Shown: piece by piece, positions 1 to 8,573 of the stretch
Position numbering within the stretch: the stretch's first letter is position 1
Layout: every line of letters starts with the position of its first letter
Assembly (NCBI GenBank): GCA_964577675.1
Contig: CAZNZQ010000003.1
Coordinates: 3,330 to 67,329 of the forward strand
Length of the DNA stretch: 64,000 bases
Direction: 5' to 3'
From: an uncultured Candidatus Saccharibacteria bacterium
GTDB lineage: Bacteria; Patescibacteriota; Minisyncoccia; Phycocordibacterales; UBA5272
Translations under genes and position numbers: made by a program
The notes under the pieces: model-generated
The model's input: the letters and a program-made list of their open reading frames with translations, nothing else
Told to the model about the DNA's origin: nothing
The model's database searches: none

Positions 1-27
1 CAGAAGACAGAAGACAGAAGACAGAAG
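1..27. repeat. 7-bp tandem repeat (CAGAAGA)x~4, may continue beyond window edge
   Basis: cagaaga cagaaga cagaaga cagaag read directly. Confidence 0.85.
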
Positions 28-35
28 CGTGCGTC

Positions 36-64
36 TTGCGTTTATTATAAAAATATGTTATTAT
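36..64 (+). promoter_or_regulatory. putative sigma70 promoter TTGCGT-N17-TATTAT with extended -10 TG
   Basis: consensus-like hexamers with 17-bp spacing upstream of small ORF 132..335. Confidence 0.45.
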
Positions 65-131
65 ATATACATCGACGGCAGTTGTGCCGCCGATTTTCTT
101 TTCTCAAAAAATAGAGGCTTAGGAGTTCTTT

Positions 132-335
132 GTGCCAGTAGCAGTAGCAGACGTAGCAGACGTAGCAGACGTCAAACATATGGGGGCTTTCGAACTTGCC
201 CGCCTCATTCTGAAGAATCACAAGTGCGAGCACGGTGATCCGCGAATGGTTGAGGTTGGGATGGAAGAAATGTGGGGGCGCGCGCAGGCGCACAGTCGGC
301 TGCCCATCCCTCACGATCCGAAATGTAGGTGGTAA
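132..335 (+). CDS. small hypothetical protein (67 aa) with 9-bp VAD repeats
   Basis: AGGAG at 121-125 before GTG; (GTAGCAGAC)x3 at 144-170; followed by strong terminator. Confidence 0.4.
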   Translation: MPVAVADVADVADVKHMGAFELARLILKNHKCEHGDPRMVEVGMEEMWGRAQAHSRLPIPHDPKCRW

Positions 336-350
336 GTTCCTCTTCCCACG

Positions 351-378
351 AAAAACGGCCTCCCCGGAGGCCGTTTTT
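351..378. terminator. intrinsic (bidirectional-type) terminator
   Basis: AAAAACGGCCTCC-cc-GGAGGCCGTTTTT perfect hairpin with A/T tails. Confidence 0.8.
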
Positions 379-401
379 TAATTATGTGGTAAGATGGTTC
401 G

Positions 402-1151
402 ATGTCTATTCGTATCGGAGTGTTTGATTCAGGTGTTGGTGGTCTCACTGTCCTAAAGGAAGTAGTAAAAGTTATCCCTTCTGAATATGTTTATATTGGA
501 GATACTCTCCGTGCTCCATACGGTAACAAGTCAAAAGAAGAGCTTCTTGTCTACACGAAAGAGTTATTAGTATTTCTGCAGACCAAGAACGTAGATATTT
601 TTATTAGTGCCTGCAATAGCCTATCCACGCTTGATATTATGCCGATACTAGATGAGCTTGGTATTAAGAAAGAGCAATACTTTGATATGACGATGTTCGC
701 AGAAGGTGCAAGCAGTTCTATTTCTCCTGATTCGCCACTCCTTATCTATGCGACTGAGGCGACGATACGAAGTGGTATTTATCAAGAGCTGTTTTCTTTA
801 TTTTCTCCGCAAGTCCTTGCCTCTACTAACCTCGCAAGAGCGATAGAGGATAAGCATGATATCGAGATAGACGAAGAGGTGGATGTTCTCGTTGACTATG
901 TTCTAGAGAATAATATTAAACAGGTATTTTTAGGCTGCACCCACTACCCGCTCATAGAAGACTACCTGGAGAAGAGATTTTTGGGGAGCGGCGTCACATT
1001 CATTAACCCAGCGGCGTATATTAAAAAAGTTCTCAGTGAAGTCAAGGACGGAGAGCTCAAGGTGTCGCTATTTTTTACAAAACTAACACCACAAGCAAAA
1101 GAGCTATCAGAAGAGTTTTTTGGGAGATCTGGCGAGCACATTTTATTGTAG
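402..1151 (+). CDS. murI: glutamate racemase
   Basis: IGVFDSGVGGLTV, PYG, ACNS and LGCTHYP motifs. Confidence 0.95.
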   Translation: MSIRIGVFDSGVGGLTVLKEVVKVIPSEYVYIGDTLRAPYGNKSKEELLVYTKELLVFLQTKNVDIFISACNSLSTLDIMPILDELGIKKEQYFDMTMFAEGASSSISPDSPLLIYATEATIRSGIYQELFSLFSPQVLASTNLARAIEDKHDIEIDEEVDVLVDYVLENNIKQVFLGCTHYPLIEDYLEKRFLGSGVTFINPAAYIKKVLSEVKDGELKVSLFFTKLTPQAKELSEEFFGRSGEHILL

Positions 1152-1179
1152 ACTGGGTGTTGTATGGTAGGATGCACGT

Positions 1180-1866
1180 ATGTCTAAGACGCTCTACATC
1201 GTCCCAACCCCAATAGGGAATCTCGAAGATATGACGTACCGTGCGGTGCGTATTTTGAAAGAAGTGAGTATCGTCTTTTGTGAGGATACCTCCGTTACAC
1301 ATAGATTGTTTAAGGAATACGGTATAGAGACTAAGACTTCTGTCTTTCATGCCAACTCCACAGAGCGCGACTTCAGAAGAATTATTGACGCTCTCACGGA
1401 GGGGGGTGACGTCGCTCTTGTGTCTGACGCAGGGATGCCAACCATCTCTGATCCAGGGGTTTCCATTGTGAAGCGTGTCTATGAAGAGGTGGAAGGTGTA
1501 CAGGTGGTAGCACTTCCTGGGGCGACTGCGCTTACTACAGCTCTTGCTGTATCAGGTATTTCATCTGCTACGTTTACCTTCTTTGGATTTCTCCCGCAGA
1601 AGAAGGGGAGAGAGACAGTCTTTGGAAAAATTGTTGAGAGTGAACGCGCGTCAGCCTTTTATGAGTCGGTACATAGGATAGAAAAGACACTCGAGTCTCT
1701 CAAAGAAAAGTTAGAAGATGGAAGAATGGTGGTTGTGTGTAAGGAGTTAAGTAAGATGCACGAAGAGGTGGTGAGAGGTACAGCTTCACAGGTTGCAGAC
1801 TATTTTACAGTACATAAAGATAAGATACGAGGTGAGTTCGTTGTTATAGTAGAGGGGAGGAGATAA
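1180..1866 (+). CDS. rsmI: 16S rRNA (cytidine1402-2'-O)-methyltransferase
   Basis: LYIVPTPIGNLEDMTYRA, SDAGMPTISDPG, ELSKMHEE, GEFVVIV motifs. Confidence 0.95.
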   Translation: MSKTLYIVPTPIGNLEDMTYRAVRILKEVSIVFCEDTSVTHRLFKEYGIETKTSVFHANSTERDFRRIIDALTEGGDVALVSDAGMPTISDPGVSIVKRVYEEVEGVQVVALPGATALTTALAVSGISSATFTFFGFLPQKKGRETVFGKIVESERASAFYESVHRIEKTLESLKEKLEDGRMVVVCKELSKMHEEVVRGTASQVADYFTVHKDKIRGEFVVIVEGRR

Positions 1867-2010
1867 GGTTTACACAGGCTTTAAGACTGAGAGAAAGAGG
1901 ACTTTTAGACTGCGAGCCGTGGTTCGTCTGACTAATCCCTTCATGGAATCTTGCCTAGACAAGACCTGGGTTAAAATAACTATATAAAAAGCTTGAAAAG
2001 TAAGCTTTAA

Positions 2011-2045
2011 AACTATAAACTAGTAACTATTAACTAACAACTACC
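2011..2045 (+). repeat. heptad array (AACTAnn)x5 directly upstream of start codon
   Basis: aactata aactagt aactatt aactaac aactacc, then ttc-ATG(2049). Confidence 0.8.
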
Positions 2046-2048
2046 TTC

Positions 2049-2261
2049 ATGTCACCACTTGGAATCAAAAGAGCAGTAGCGGTACTCCTTGTACTCTCCC
2101 CATGGATATTCATCCCAGATCTTACTAAAGATGTTATTTTCATCTTTGCTGGAATTCTGCTTTATATAAGCACCCTAGATTTACGAAAAAAGCAGCAAGC
2201 TGTTGCCCCGCACTACCAAGAAACTGAAAGCAAACCTGTAGCGCCTGTGGTCAACTCATGA
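2049..2261 (+). CDS. small two-TM hypothetical membrane protein
   Basis: two hydrophobic segments; ATGA overlap with next gene. Confidence 0.7.
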   Translation: MSPLGIKRAVAVLLVLSPWIFIPDLTKDVIFIFAGILLYISTLDLRKKQQAVAPHYQETESKPVAPVVNS

Positions 2262-3424
2262 AGCACTATTTTATTGGTGGTGTTTTCTCGCTCATTATCT
2301 TGTTCTCTATTTTCGGCACGCCTTCATCAGTAGAAGTTTACTCCGGGTTTAGTGAAGAGGGATTAGTTACAGATAAGGAAGTGGAGGCTGTGGGTACCGC
2401 AACCACGTCCGAAGCAGTCTTAGATGAGGCAAAAAAAGTTTCTCACCTCAGTACTCCAGAAGTCCTCAAAGCCGTATACATATCAAGCTGGGTTGCGGGC
2501 ACGCCATCTGTCAGAGACAGGATTCTCGCGCTTATTGATGAGACAGAGCTAAACGCAATAGTGATTGATGTAAAAGATAACACAGGGGTCATCACCTGGG
2601 AAGAAAGAATGAAAGAAGAAGACCTGGTGAAACTTATCGAAGATCTTCATACTAAAAACGTATATGTAATAGGTCGCATAGCTGTATTCCAAGATCCTAA
2701 ATATGCAATTGCACATAAAGATCATGCAGTAAAAAAACAAGACGGCTCTCTTTGGAAAAGTAAGAAAGGTGAGTACTGGGTAGATACTGGCTCTAAGAAA
2801 AAGTGGGAAGACACATTAGCATTAAGCGAGCAAGCATACGCTCTCGGTTTTGATGAGATTAATTTAGACTACATACGCTTCTCGACAGAAGGGGTAAAAG
2901 ATAACCTGGTGTTTCCTCAAAGTGGCGCGCGAGCCGTAAACGACAGAGTCGGGGTTGTGAGTGAGTTTTATGCATATATAACCGGCGAGTTACGAAAGAG
3001 AGGGATACCAGTGTCAGGGGACGTCTTTGGGATTATCACTACATCGAGCACAGATATTCCAGTGCTCGGCCAAGACTTACATAAAGCATTAGAATACTTC
3101 GATTACGTTGCGCCTATGGTATACCCATCACACTATGCGCCAGGTACTTTTGGTTTCTCTAACCCAGCAGCCAATCCAGGTGCAGTCATCCGGGAGTCTA
3201 TGCTCGGTGCAGTGAGAATAGCAGATGAGGTGGCGAGCTCAACGGGCCAGTCCACATCCACTGTGCGTGCGAAGCTTCGCCCGTGGTATCAAGACTTTGA
3301 TATGGGCGCAACGTATACAGCTGAGATGGTGCGAGCTCAGATAGAAGCAGGTGAGAGACTTGGCATAACATCATGGATGTTGTGGGATCCGTCCAACAAG
3401 TATACGCGAGGGGCGTTGAGGTAG
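2258..3424 (+). CDS. putative glycoside hydrolase (DUF4015-like TIM barrel), membrane anchored
   Basis: N-terminal TM; ELNAIVIDVKD, GFDEINLDYIRF, PMVYPSHY, RPWYQDF, WMLWDPSNKY motifs. Confidence 0.8.
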   Translation: MKHYFIGGVFSLIILFSIFGTPSSVEVYSGFSEEGLVTDKEVEAVGTATTSEAVLDEAKKVSHLSTPEVLKAVYISSWVAGTPSVRDRILALIDETELNAIVIDVKDNTGVITWEERMKEEDLVKLIEDLHTKNVYVIGRIAVFQDPKYAIAHKDHAVKKQDGSLWKSKKGEYWVDTGSKKKWEDTLALSEQAYALGFDEINLDYIRFSTEGVKDNLVFPQSGARAVNDRVGVVSEFYAYITGELRKRGIPVSGDVFGIITTSSTDIPVLGQDLHKALEYFDYVAPMVYPSHYAPGTFGFSNPAANPGAVIRESMLGAVRIADEVASSTGQSTSTVRAKLRPWYQDFDMGATYTAEMVRAQIEAGERLGITSWMLWDPSNKYTRGALR

Positions 3425-3511
3425 ACAAGAAGACTCACAGACCTAGTTACGCGAAAGCCTAACAGTTGCAGGATACTTATCCGCTAACGGCTGCCTACTG
3501 TTTCCACTAGC

Positions 3512-3539
3512 AACTATTAACTATAAACTATAAACTATT
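3512..3539 (+). repeat. heptad array (AACTAnn)x4 directly upstream of start codon
   Basis: aactatt aactata aactata aactatt, then cct-ATG(3543). Confidence 0.8.
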
Positions 3540-3542
3540 CCT

Positions 3543-5348
3543 ATGTCAGATAACCAAAAAGTTACCTATCTCGGTAAGGTGGATTTTCGCAACAAAGAAC
3601 TTACCTTCGGAATCAAAGAAAAAGACCGCACGAAGCACATGTATATCATAGGTAAGTCAGGTATGGGAAAGTCTACCTTACTCGAAAATCTCGCCATACA
3701 AGACATAGAAAATGGTGAAGGTATGTGTTTTATTGATCCTCATGGATCGACCGCAGAGAAGCTACTTGATCATATCCCAGAGTCCCGTATTAAAGACGTT
3801 GTGTATTTTGCGCCATTTGATGGAGAGTGCCCGATAGGATTAAATATGCTTGAGAAGGTTCCTGCCGATAAGCGTTATTTGGTGGCGAATGGTCTTATGT
3901 CTGCATTCAAAAAGATATTTACTGACTCAGACGGCAAAGGAACGTTTTCTGCTCGTATGGAGTACGTTCTCAACAACATTATCCTTGCACTGCTTGAGAA
4001 TGAAAATCAGACACTTCTCGGTGTTAATCGAATGCTCTTTGATAAGGACTTTCGTAAATATATAGTTTCGAATGTGACTGATCCAACAGTAAGAGACTTC
4101 TGGGTAAACGAGTATGCGAACTATACCGAAAAGACGGCCCAAGATCTCGCACCTGCTATTCAGAACAAGATTGGTCAATTCGTCTCTAACCCGCTCATTA
4201 GAAATATTATTGGGCAACAGAAGACGTCATTTGATATTAGGAAAATAATGGATGAGAAGAAAATTCTCATAGTGAATCTCTCCAAGGGTAAGGTAGGTGA
4301 AGGGAATGCTAATCTTCTAGGGTCTCTTTTTATTACCAAGATTTATCTTGCTGCTATGTCGCGTGCCGATGCTGGTCCGTACGAAGTTGAAACACTCCCC
4401 CCATTTTATTTTTACGTAGATGAATTTCAGAACTTTGCCAATGAGTCGTTCGCTAGTATTCTCTCAGAAGCGCGTAAATATAAATTAGCGCTTACAGTCG
4501 CCCATCAGTACGTGGAGCAGATGACCGATGAGGTCAAATCTGCGGTGTTCGGTAACGTAGGCACCATGATTACCTTCAGAGTAGGAGCGACAGACGCTGA
4601 AGTGTTCGAAAAAGAATTCGCTCCGTACTTCATACTAGATGACTTCGTCAATCTTTCTGCATTTCAGATTTACCTGAGACTCATGATTGATAGTCAGGCG
4701 TCCAAACCTTTTTCTGCAAAGACATTAAGTCCTATCCAGAAACCTCCGCAGTCATATGTTCAGATGGTTATAGCGAACTCAAGAGCAACCTACGGCAGAC
4801 CTCGATTTGTTGTCGAAGAAGAAGTGGCCCAGTTCTATGCGCCCGTGGTTATTGAAAAGAAGAAGAAAGAAGAGCCAGTTAAAGAACCTATAAGAGAAGA
4901 AAGGAGAGAGGAGAAAAAGACAGTGATACATTCAGAGACGGCACAAAGCCCCTCAGAAAAAATTGTCAGAGTAAGAAAGATACGAGACGACACACCACTT
5001 CCACCTAGAACAATGCCTAGAAGGGTAGATCAGACAATCGTGTCCAGTGATGGGGGGAGGGCTGTTGAAGAGGCGTTCCATCGACCGCCCAGGTCTGGCG
5101 AACGAGGGAGACAAAGAAACCCTGACTCTCGCGACAGAAGAGTTGAGCAAGTAAAGGCGATAGACACACCTCTATTTGACGAGAAGCCAGCTCTTTCTCT
5201 TAAGGATGCTTTGGCTAAAGCTATGAGCGAACACACCGAAGAAAAGAGCAGAGAGGTTAAAGAAGTCCCTGTGCAAGAAAGTTCAGTTGAAGAAAAAAGA
5301 AAAAGAGAAGTAGAAGAAGAGGTGCTAAGAAAGCTCCTCGAAGAGTAA
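3543..5348 (+). CDS. VirD4/TrwB-like (type IV coupling protein / HerA-FtsK) ATPase with charged C-terminal tail
   Basis: Walker A GKSGMGKS, IDPHG, Walker B YVDEFQNF, SEARKY, AHQY. Confidence 0.85.
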   Translation: MSDNQKVTYLGKVDFRNKELTFGIKEKDRTKHMYIIGKSGMGKSTLLENLAIQDIENGEGMCFIDPHGSTAEKLLDHIPESRIKDVVYFAPFDGECPIGLNMLEKVPADKRYLVANGLMSAFKKIFTDSDGKGTFSARMEYVLNNIILALLENENQTLLGVNRMLFDKDFRKYIVSNVTDPTVRDFWVNEYANYTEKTAQDLAPAIQNKIGQFVSNPLIRNIIGQQKTSFDIRKIMDEKKILIVNLSKGKVGEGNANLLGSLFITKIYLAAMSRADAGPYEVETLPPFYFYVDEFQNFANESFASILSEARKYKLALTVAHQYVEQMTDEVKSAVFGNVGTMITFRVGATDAEVFEKEFAPYFILDDFVNLSAFQIYLRLMIDSQASKPFSAKTLSPIQKPPQSYVQMVIANSRATYGRPRFVVEEEVAQFYAPVVIEKKKKEEPVKEPIREERREEKKTVIHSETAQSPSEKIVRVRKIRDDTPLPPRTMPRRVDQTIVSSDGGRAVEEAFHRPPRSGERGRQRNPDSRDRRVEQVKAIDTPLFDEKPALSLKDALAKAMSEHTEEKSREVKEVPVQESSVEEKRKREVEEEVLRKLLEE

Positions 5349-5352
5349 TTCT

Positions 5353-6687
5353 ATGAAAAAGCTGCTACTACTTTTGACACTTTGTATAGCAAGCCAAATA
5401 AGAGCAGATGCTCTTATTGTCAATGAAATTTTTTCTAATCCAACAGGAGACGATAATGGTAGAGAATGGGTTGAGATATATAACGACACAGAAAGTCAGG
5501 TGGATCTTTCATCCCTTAGTATCTCGATAAAAGGGGGCGCACCTATAGTAGCAAGTCAGGTATCGGGAGGAACGGTACTGCTCCCTGGCGCATACGCCAT
5601 TATTGGTTCGACAGTAAGTGGCGCAACTAAGTTTTTACAAGATTATCCAACATACAGTGGAATACTTTTAAAAGCAGCAATAAGTTTAGTAAATACCGGA
5701 GTCACATCTATTGATGTCAGAGTCTCGGGGAATGTAGTAGATACAATTTCGTCTTACGCAGCAGCAAAAGAGGGTTCGAGTTATGGTAGGCAAGGCTCAG
5801 GCTCATTTGGGGTTATGAGTCCAACGCCAGGAAAAGAAAACACAGCAGCGACCACGGTAGAGACAACAGAAACAGGCACAGCGCCAACCTCAGGCACGCA
5901 GACGACTATTCCTCAGATGTCTCCGCCTCTTGCGGATATAGTTATATATTTACCAACTGAAAAGACTGTTGTTGCAGGTGCTCCAACAGTGTTTTCTTCG
6001 AGAGCACTTACTCAATCGGGTAAGACGATTGATAACATCCGTTTCGCTTGGGCCTTTGGTGATGGTGGACAGGGCGTAGGAAGCAGCACCACCTACAGTT
6101 ACTTCTACCCCGGAAGATATGTTGCATATGTCGATGCGTCTGACGGGCTCGTGGCAGGTAAGGCGAGAATGCTTGTGAAGGTGGTGGCGCCAGAGCTAGA
6201 GCTTTCTCAAATAAAAAAGTCAAAACACGGGCTATACATAGAAATCTATAACCCTAATGCATATGAGCTAGATATTTCCACATGGAAGCTTGCAATAGAT
6301 GGTTCTCAGTATGTTCTTCCGCTCAACACTGTCGTACTATCAGGCGCCACCATTCTGTCAGGAGTGTCGCTTGGCTTTGCGAGTTCGACGGTGAGCACTA
6401 GTTCGATTATCAAGTTACTATTCCCTAACAATGAAGAGGTGGCAAGAGTACTTCAGCGGGAATTTTTTGAGGTCGGAGGTGCTGCAGCTATAGTCACGGC
6501 AACATCTAATCGAGCTTCCTTGCCAATAGTTTCTGCGCCGGTAAAGATAACCCCTACAACAAAAAGGGTACAAGTTGCTCCTAAATCCATAGCAACTACA
6601 ACAATAAAAGTCACTTCGACAACAACCGTTAGTACCGATAAAAAAGACCGTAGGATTGCCGAATTTTTCCGCTCCTGGCTTAAATAA
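5353..6687 (+). CDS. secreted lamin-tail-domain and PKD-domain protein
   Basis: signal peptide; INE..NP.G.D..EWVEIYN and PTPG.EN (LTD); WAFGDG...Y..PGRY (PKD). Confidence 0.8.
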   Translation: MKKLLLLLTLCIASQIRADALIVNEIFSNPTGDDNGREWVEIYNDTESQVDLSSLSISIKGGAPIVASQVSGGTVLLPGAYAIIGSTVSGATKFLQDYPTYSGILLKAAISLVNTGVTSIDVRVSGNVVDTISSYAAAKEGSSYGRQGSGSFGVMSPTPGKENTAATTVETTETGTAPTSGTQTTIPQMSPPLADIVIYLPTEKTVVAGAPTVFSSRALTQSGKTIDNIRFAWAFGDGGQGVGSSTTYSYFYPGRYVAYVDASDGLVAGKARMLVKVVAPELELSQIKKSKHGLYIEIYNPNAYELDISTWKLAIDGSQYVLPLNTVVLSGATILSGVSLGFASSTVSTSSIIKLLFPNNEEVARVLQREFFEVGGAAAIVTATSNRASLPIVSAPVKITPTTKRVQVAPKSIATTTIKVTSTTTVSTDKKDRRIAEFFRSWLK

Positions 6688-6727
6688 TAAGATGTATTTC
6701 CTTTTTTAATGGGCGTGATATAGTGGA

Positions 6728-7729
6728 ATGATGAAGACAGTTATGGTCACAGGAGGAGCTGGGTTTATTGGTAGTCATTTTATCCGACTGCTGCTCAGTG
6801 CAAAAGAAGATGTGAGGGTTATAAATGTCGATGTGCTTTCTTATGCTGGTAACTTGGAGAATTGTATCGACTACAAAGACAGCCCTCGTTATTCTTTTTA
6901 TAAAGCAGATATCGGAGATTGCGATACTATCTTGGACATTCTCAAAAAAGAGCAGGTAGATACTATTGTAAACTTTGCAGCTGAATCAGATAATAACAAA
7001 GCAATCGGGTCACCGCTTGACTTCGTGAAGACAAACGCGCTCGGTGTAGCAACTTTATTAGAAGCATCTCGAGTAGCTGAAGTTAAGAGATTTCACCACA
7101 TCTCTACATGTGAAGTATTTGGCCAACTTGATTTAGACAGTCAAGATACTTTTACTGAAAATTCTGCGTACAACCCAAGAACTCCATACAACGCCTCAAA
7201 AGCGGCGGGGGATCACATTGTCATGAGCTATTATCACACCTATAATCTACCTGTCACGATAAGCTATTGTGCCAATAATTACGGTACGCACCAATTCCCA
7301 GAAAAGGTAATTCCTGTGTTTGTTGCTAAAGTTGTGGAAGGACAGGCGATTCCTATTTTTGCTTCGAGTGGTAATAAACGAGAGTGGATTCATGTTGCAG
7401 ACCACTGTAGGGCGATTCTAGCGATACTAGAACGTGGGACAATTGGTGAAAAGTATAATATTGGAACAGGGGTTGAGAAGTCTGTTATGGAAATAGCAGA
7501 TACTGTTATCGCAGCGCTAGGTAGAGGAGAAGAACTGAAGCAGATTGTTCCGGACAGAAAGGGTCACGACTCACGGTACCTGCTTGATTCTTCAAAGATA
7601 AGAAATGAACTCGGTTGGAAACCAGAGATTACTTTTGAAGAAGGGATTAAAGACGTCGTCAATTGGTATGTGACTAATGAAAGCTGGTGGAAGCCTCTGT
7701 TAGAAAAATCTCATTCTTGGAATAAATAA
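6728..7729 (+). CDS. rfbB: dTDP-glucose 4,6-dehydratase
   Basis: GGAGFIG, YAGNLEN, NFAAES, YNASK, NNYG..QFPEK, DRKGHD.RY. Confidence 0.93.
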   Translation: MMKTVMVTGGAGFIGSHFIRLLLSAKEDVRVINVDVLSYAGNLENCIDYKDSPRYSFYKADIGDCDTILDILKKEQVDTIVNFAAESDNNKAIGSPLDFVKTNALGVATLLEASRVAEVKRFHHISTCEVFGQLDLDSQDTFTENSAYNPRTPYNASKAAGDHIVMSYYHTYNLPVTISYCANNYGTHQFPEKVIPVFVAKVVEGQAIPIFASSGNKREWIHVADHCRAILAILERGTIGEKYNIGTGVEKSVMEIADTVIAALGRGEELKQIVPDRKGHDSRYLLDSSKIRNELGWKPEITFEEGIKDVVNWYVTNESWWKPLLEKSHSWNK

Positions 7730-7730
7730 T

Positions 7731-8573
7731 ATGAAAGTCTACATACTCGGAGCTAGTGGTTTTATGGGAGAGAAGTGTGCTGATTATTTTAAAAGCAAAG
7801 GCCATGAAGTATTTACTGAGCGGGTAGACATAACTGACGTCACAGCCTTAAGAAGCGCTTTTGAAAAGTCTTCGCCAGATGTTGTCATTAGCTTCGCAGG
7901 AGTTCGTGCGCACCCAACCATCGACTGGTGTGAAGATCATAAGGAAGAAACAGTGGCAGTGAATGTCGGAGGCGCTATTAATGTTGCTCTGATAGCGATA
8001 GAGAAGGGGATATATCCGATACAGATAGCAAGCGGTTGTATTTACTCTGGCGATGAACATAGAGCGTTCACCGAAGAAGATGAGCCTAACTTTACAGGAA
8101 GCTTCTACTCCCGCATGAGAATCGTCATGCAGAACGCTTTGAAGGAGCTCCCTGTGCTACAGGTTCGTATCAGAATGCCAATATCAATGTCAGCTCACCC
8201 AAGGAATCTTATTACAAAGATTGCTTCGTATAAGAAGGTGATATCAGTACTGAATTCCGTCACCCTGATAGAAGATATGTTTGTTGCTCTCGAAAAGCTT
8301 TGTGAGATGCGCCCAACTGGAATACTTAACCTCACTAACGATGGATATGTAACTCACAGCAATCTACTTTCTGTCTACAAGAAAATCGTCGACCCTACTC
8401 ATGAGTACGAACTAATTGATGTAAAAGAATTAGAAACAAAAGTAATAAAAGCTGGAAGAAGTAACTGTGTCCTCTCAAATATAAAAATGAAGTCACTCAG
8501 TATACAGATGCCAGCACTCGATGAAAAGAGACTGGCTGAGCTTTTGGAGCACTATAAAACGACACTACAATGA
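7731..8573 (+). CDS. NDP-4-keto-6-deoxyglucose 3,5-epimerase/4-reductase (NRS/ER-UER1-like, RmlD superfamily)
   Basis: P.IDWCEDHK.ET, GCIY, F.EEDEPNFTGSFYS, RIRMPIS, PRNLITKI match plant NRS/ER motifs as recalled. Confidence 0.8.
   Translation: MKVYILGASGFMGEKCADYFKSKGHEVFTERVDITDVTALRSAFEKSSPDVVISFAGVRAHPTIDWCEDHKEETVAVNVGGAINVALIAIEKGIYPIQIASGCIYSGDEHRAFTEEDEPNFTGSFYSRMRIVMQNALKELPVLQVRIRMPISMSAHPRNLITKIASYKKVISVLNSVTLIEDMFVALEKLCEMRPTGILNLTNDGYVTHSNLLSVYKKIVDPTHEYELIDVKELETKVIKAGRSNCVLSNIKMKSLSIQMPALDEKRLAELLEHYKTTLQ

Noticed and set aside
1-170. CRISPR array suggested by short repeats
   Set aside because: Repeats are 7-9 bp tandem units with no spacers; no cas genes in the window.
1867-1980. 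Possible ncRNA in the rsmI downstream gap (similar gap at 3425-3500)
   Set aside because: Only weak short pairings and loose AGAC periodicity; no convincing fold or family motif.
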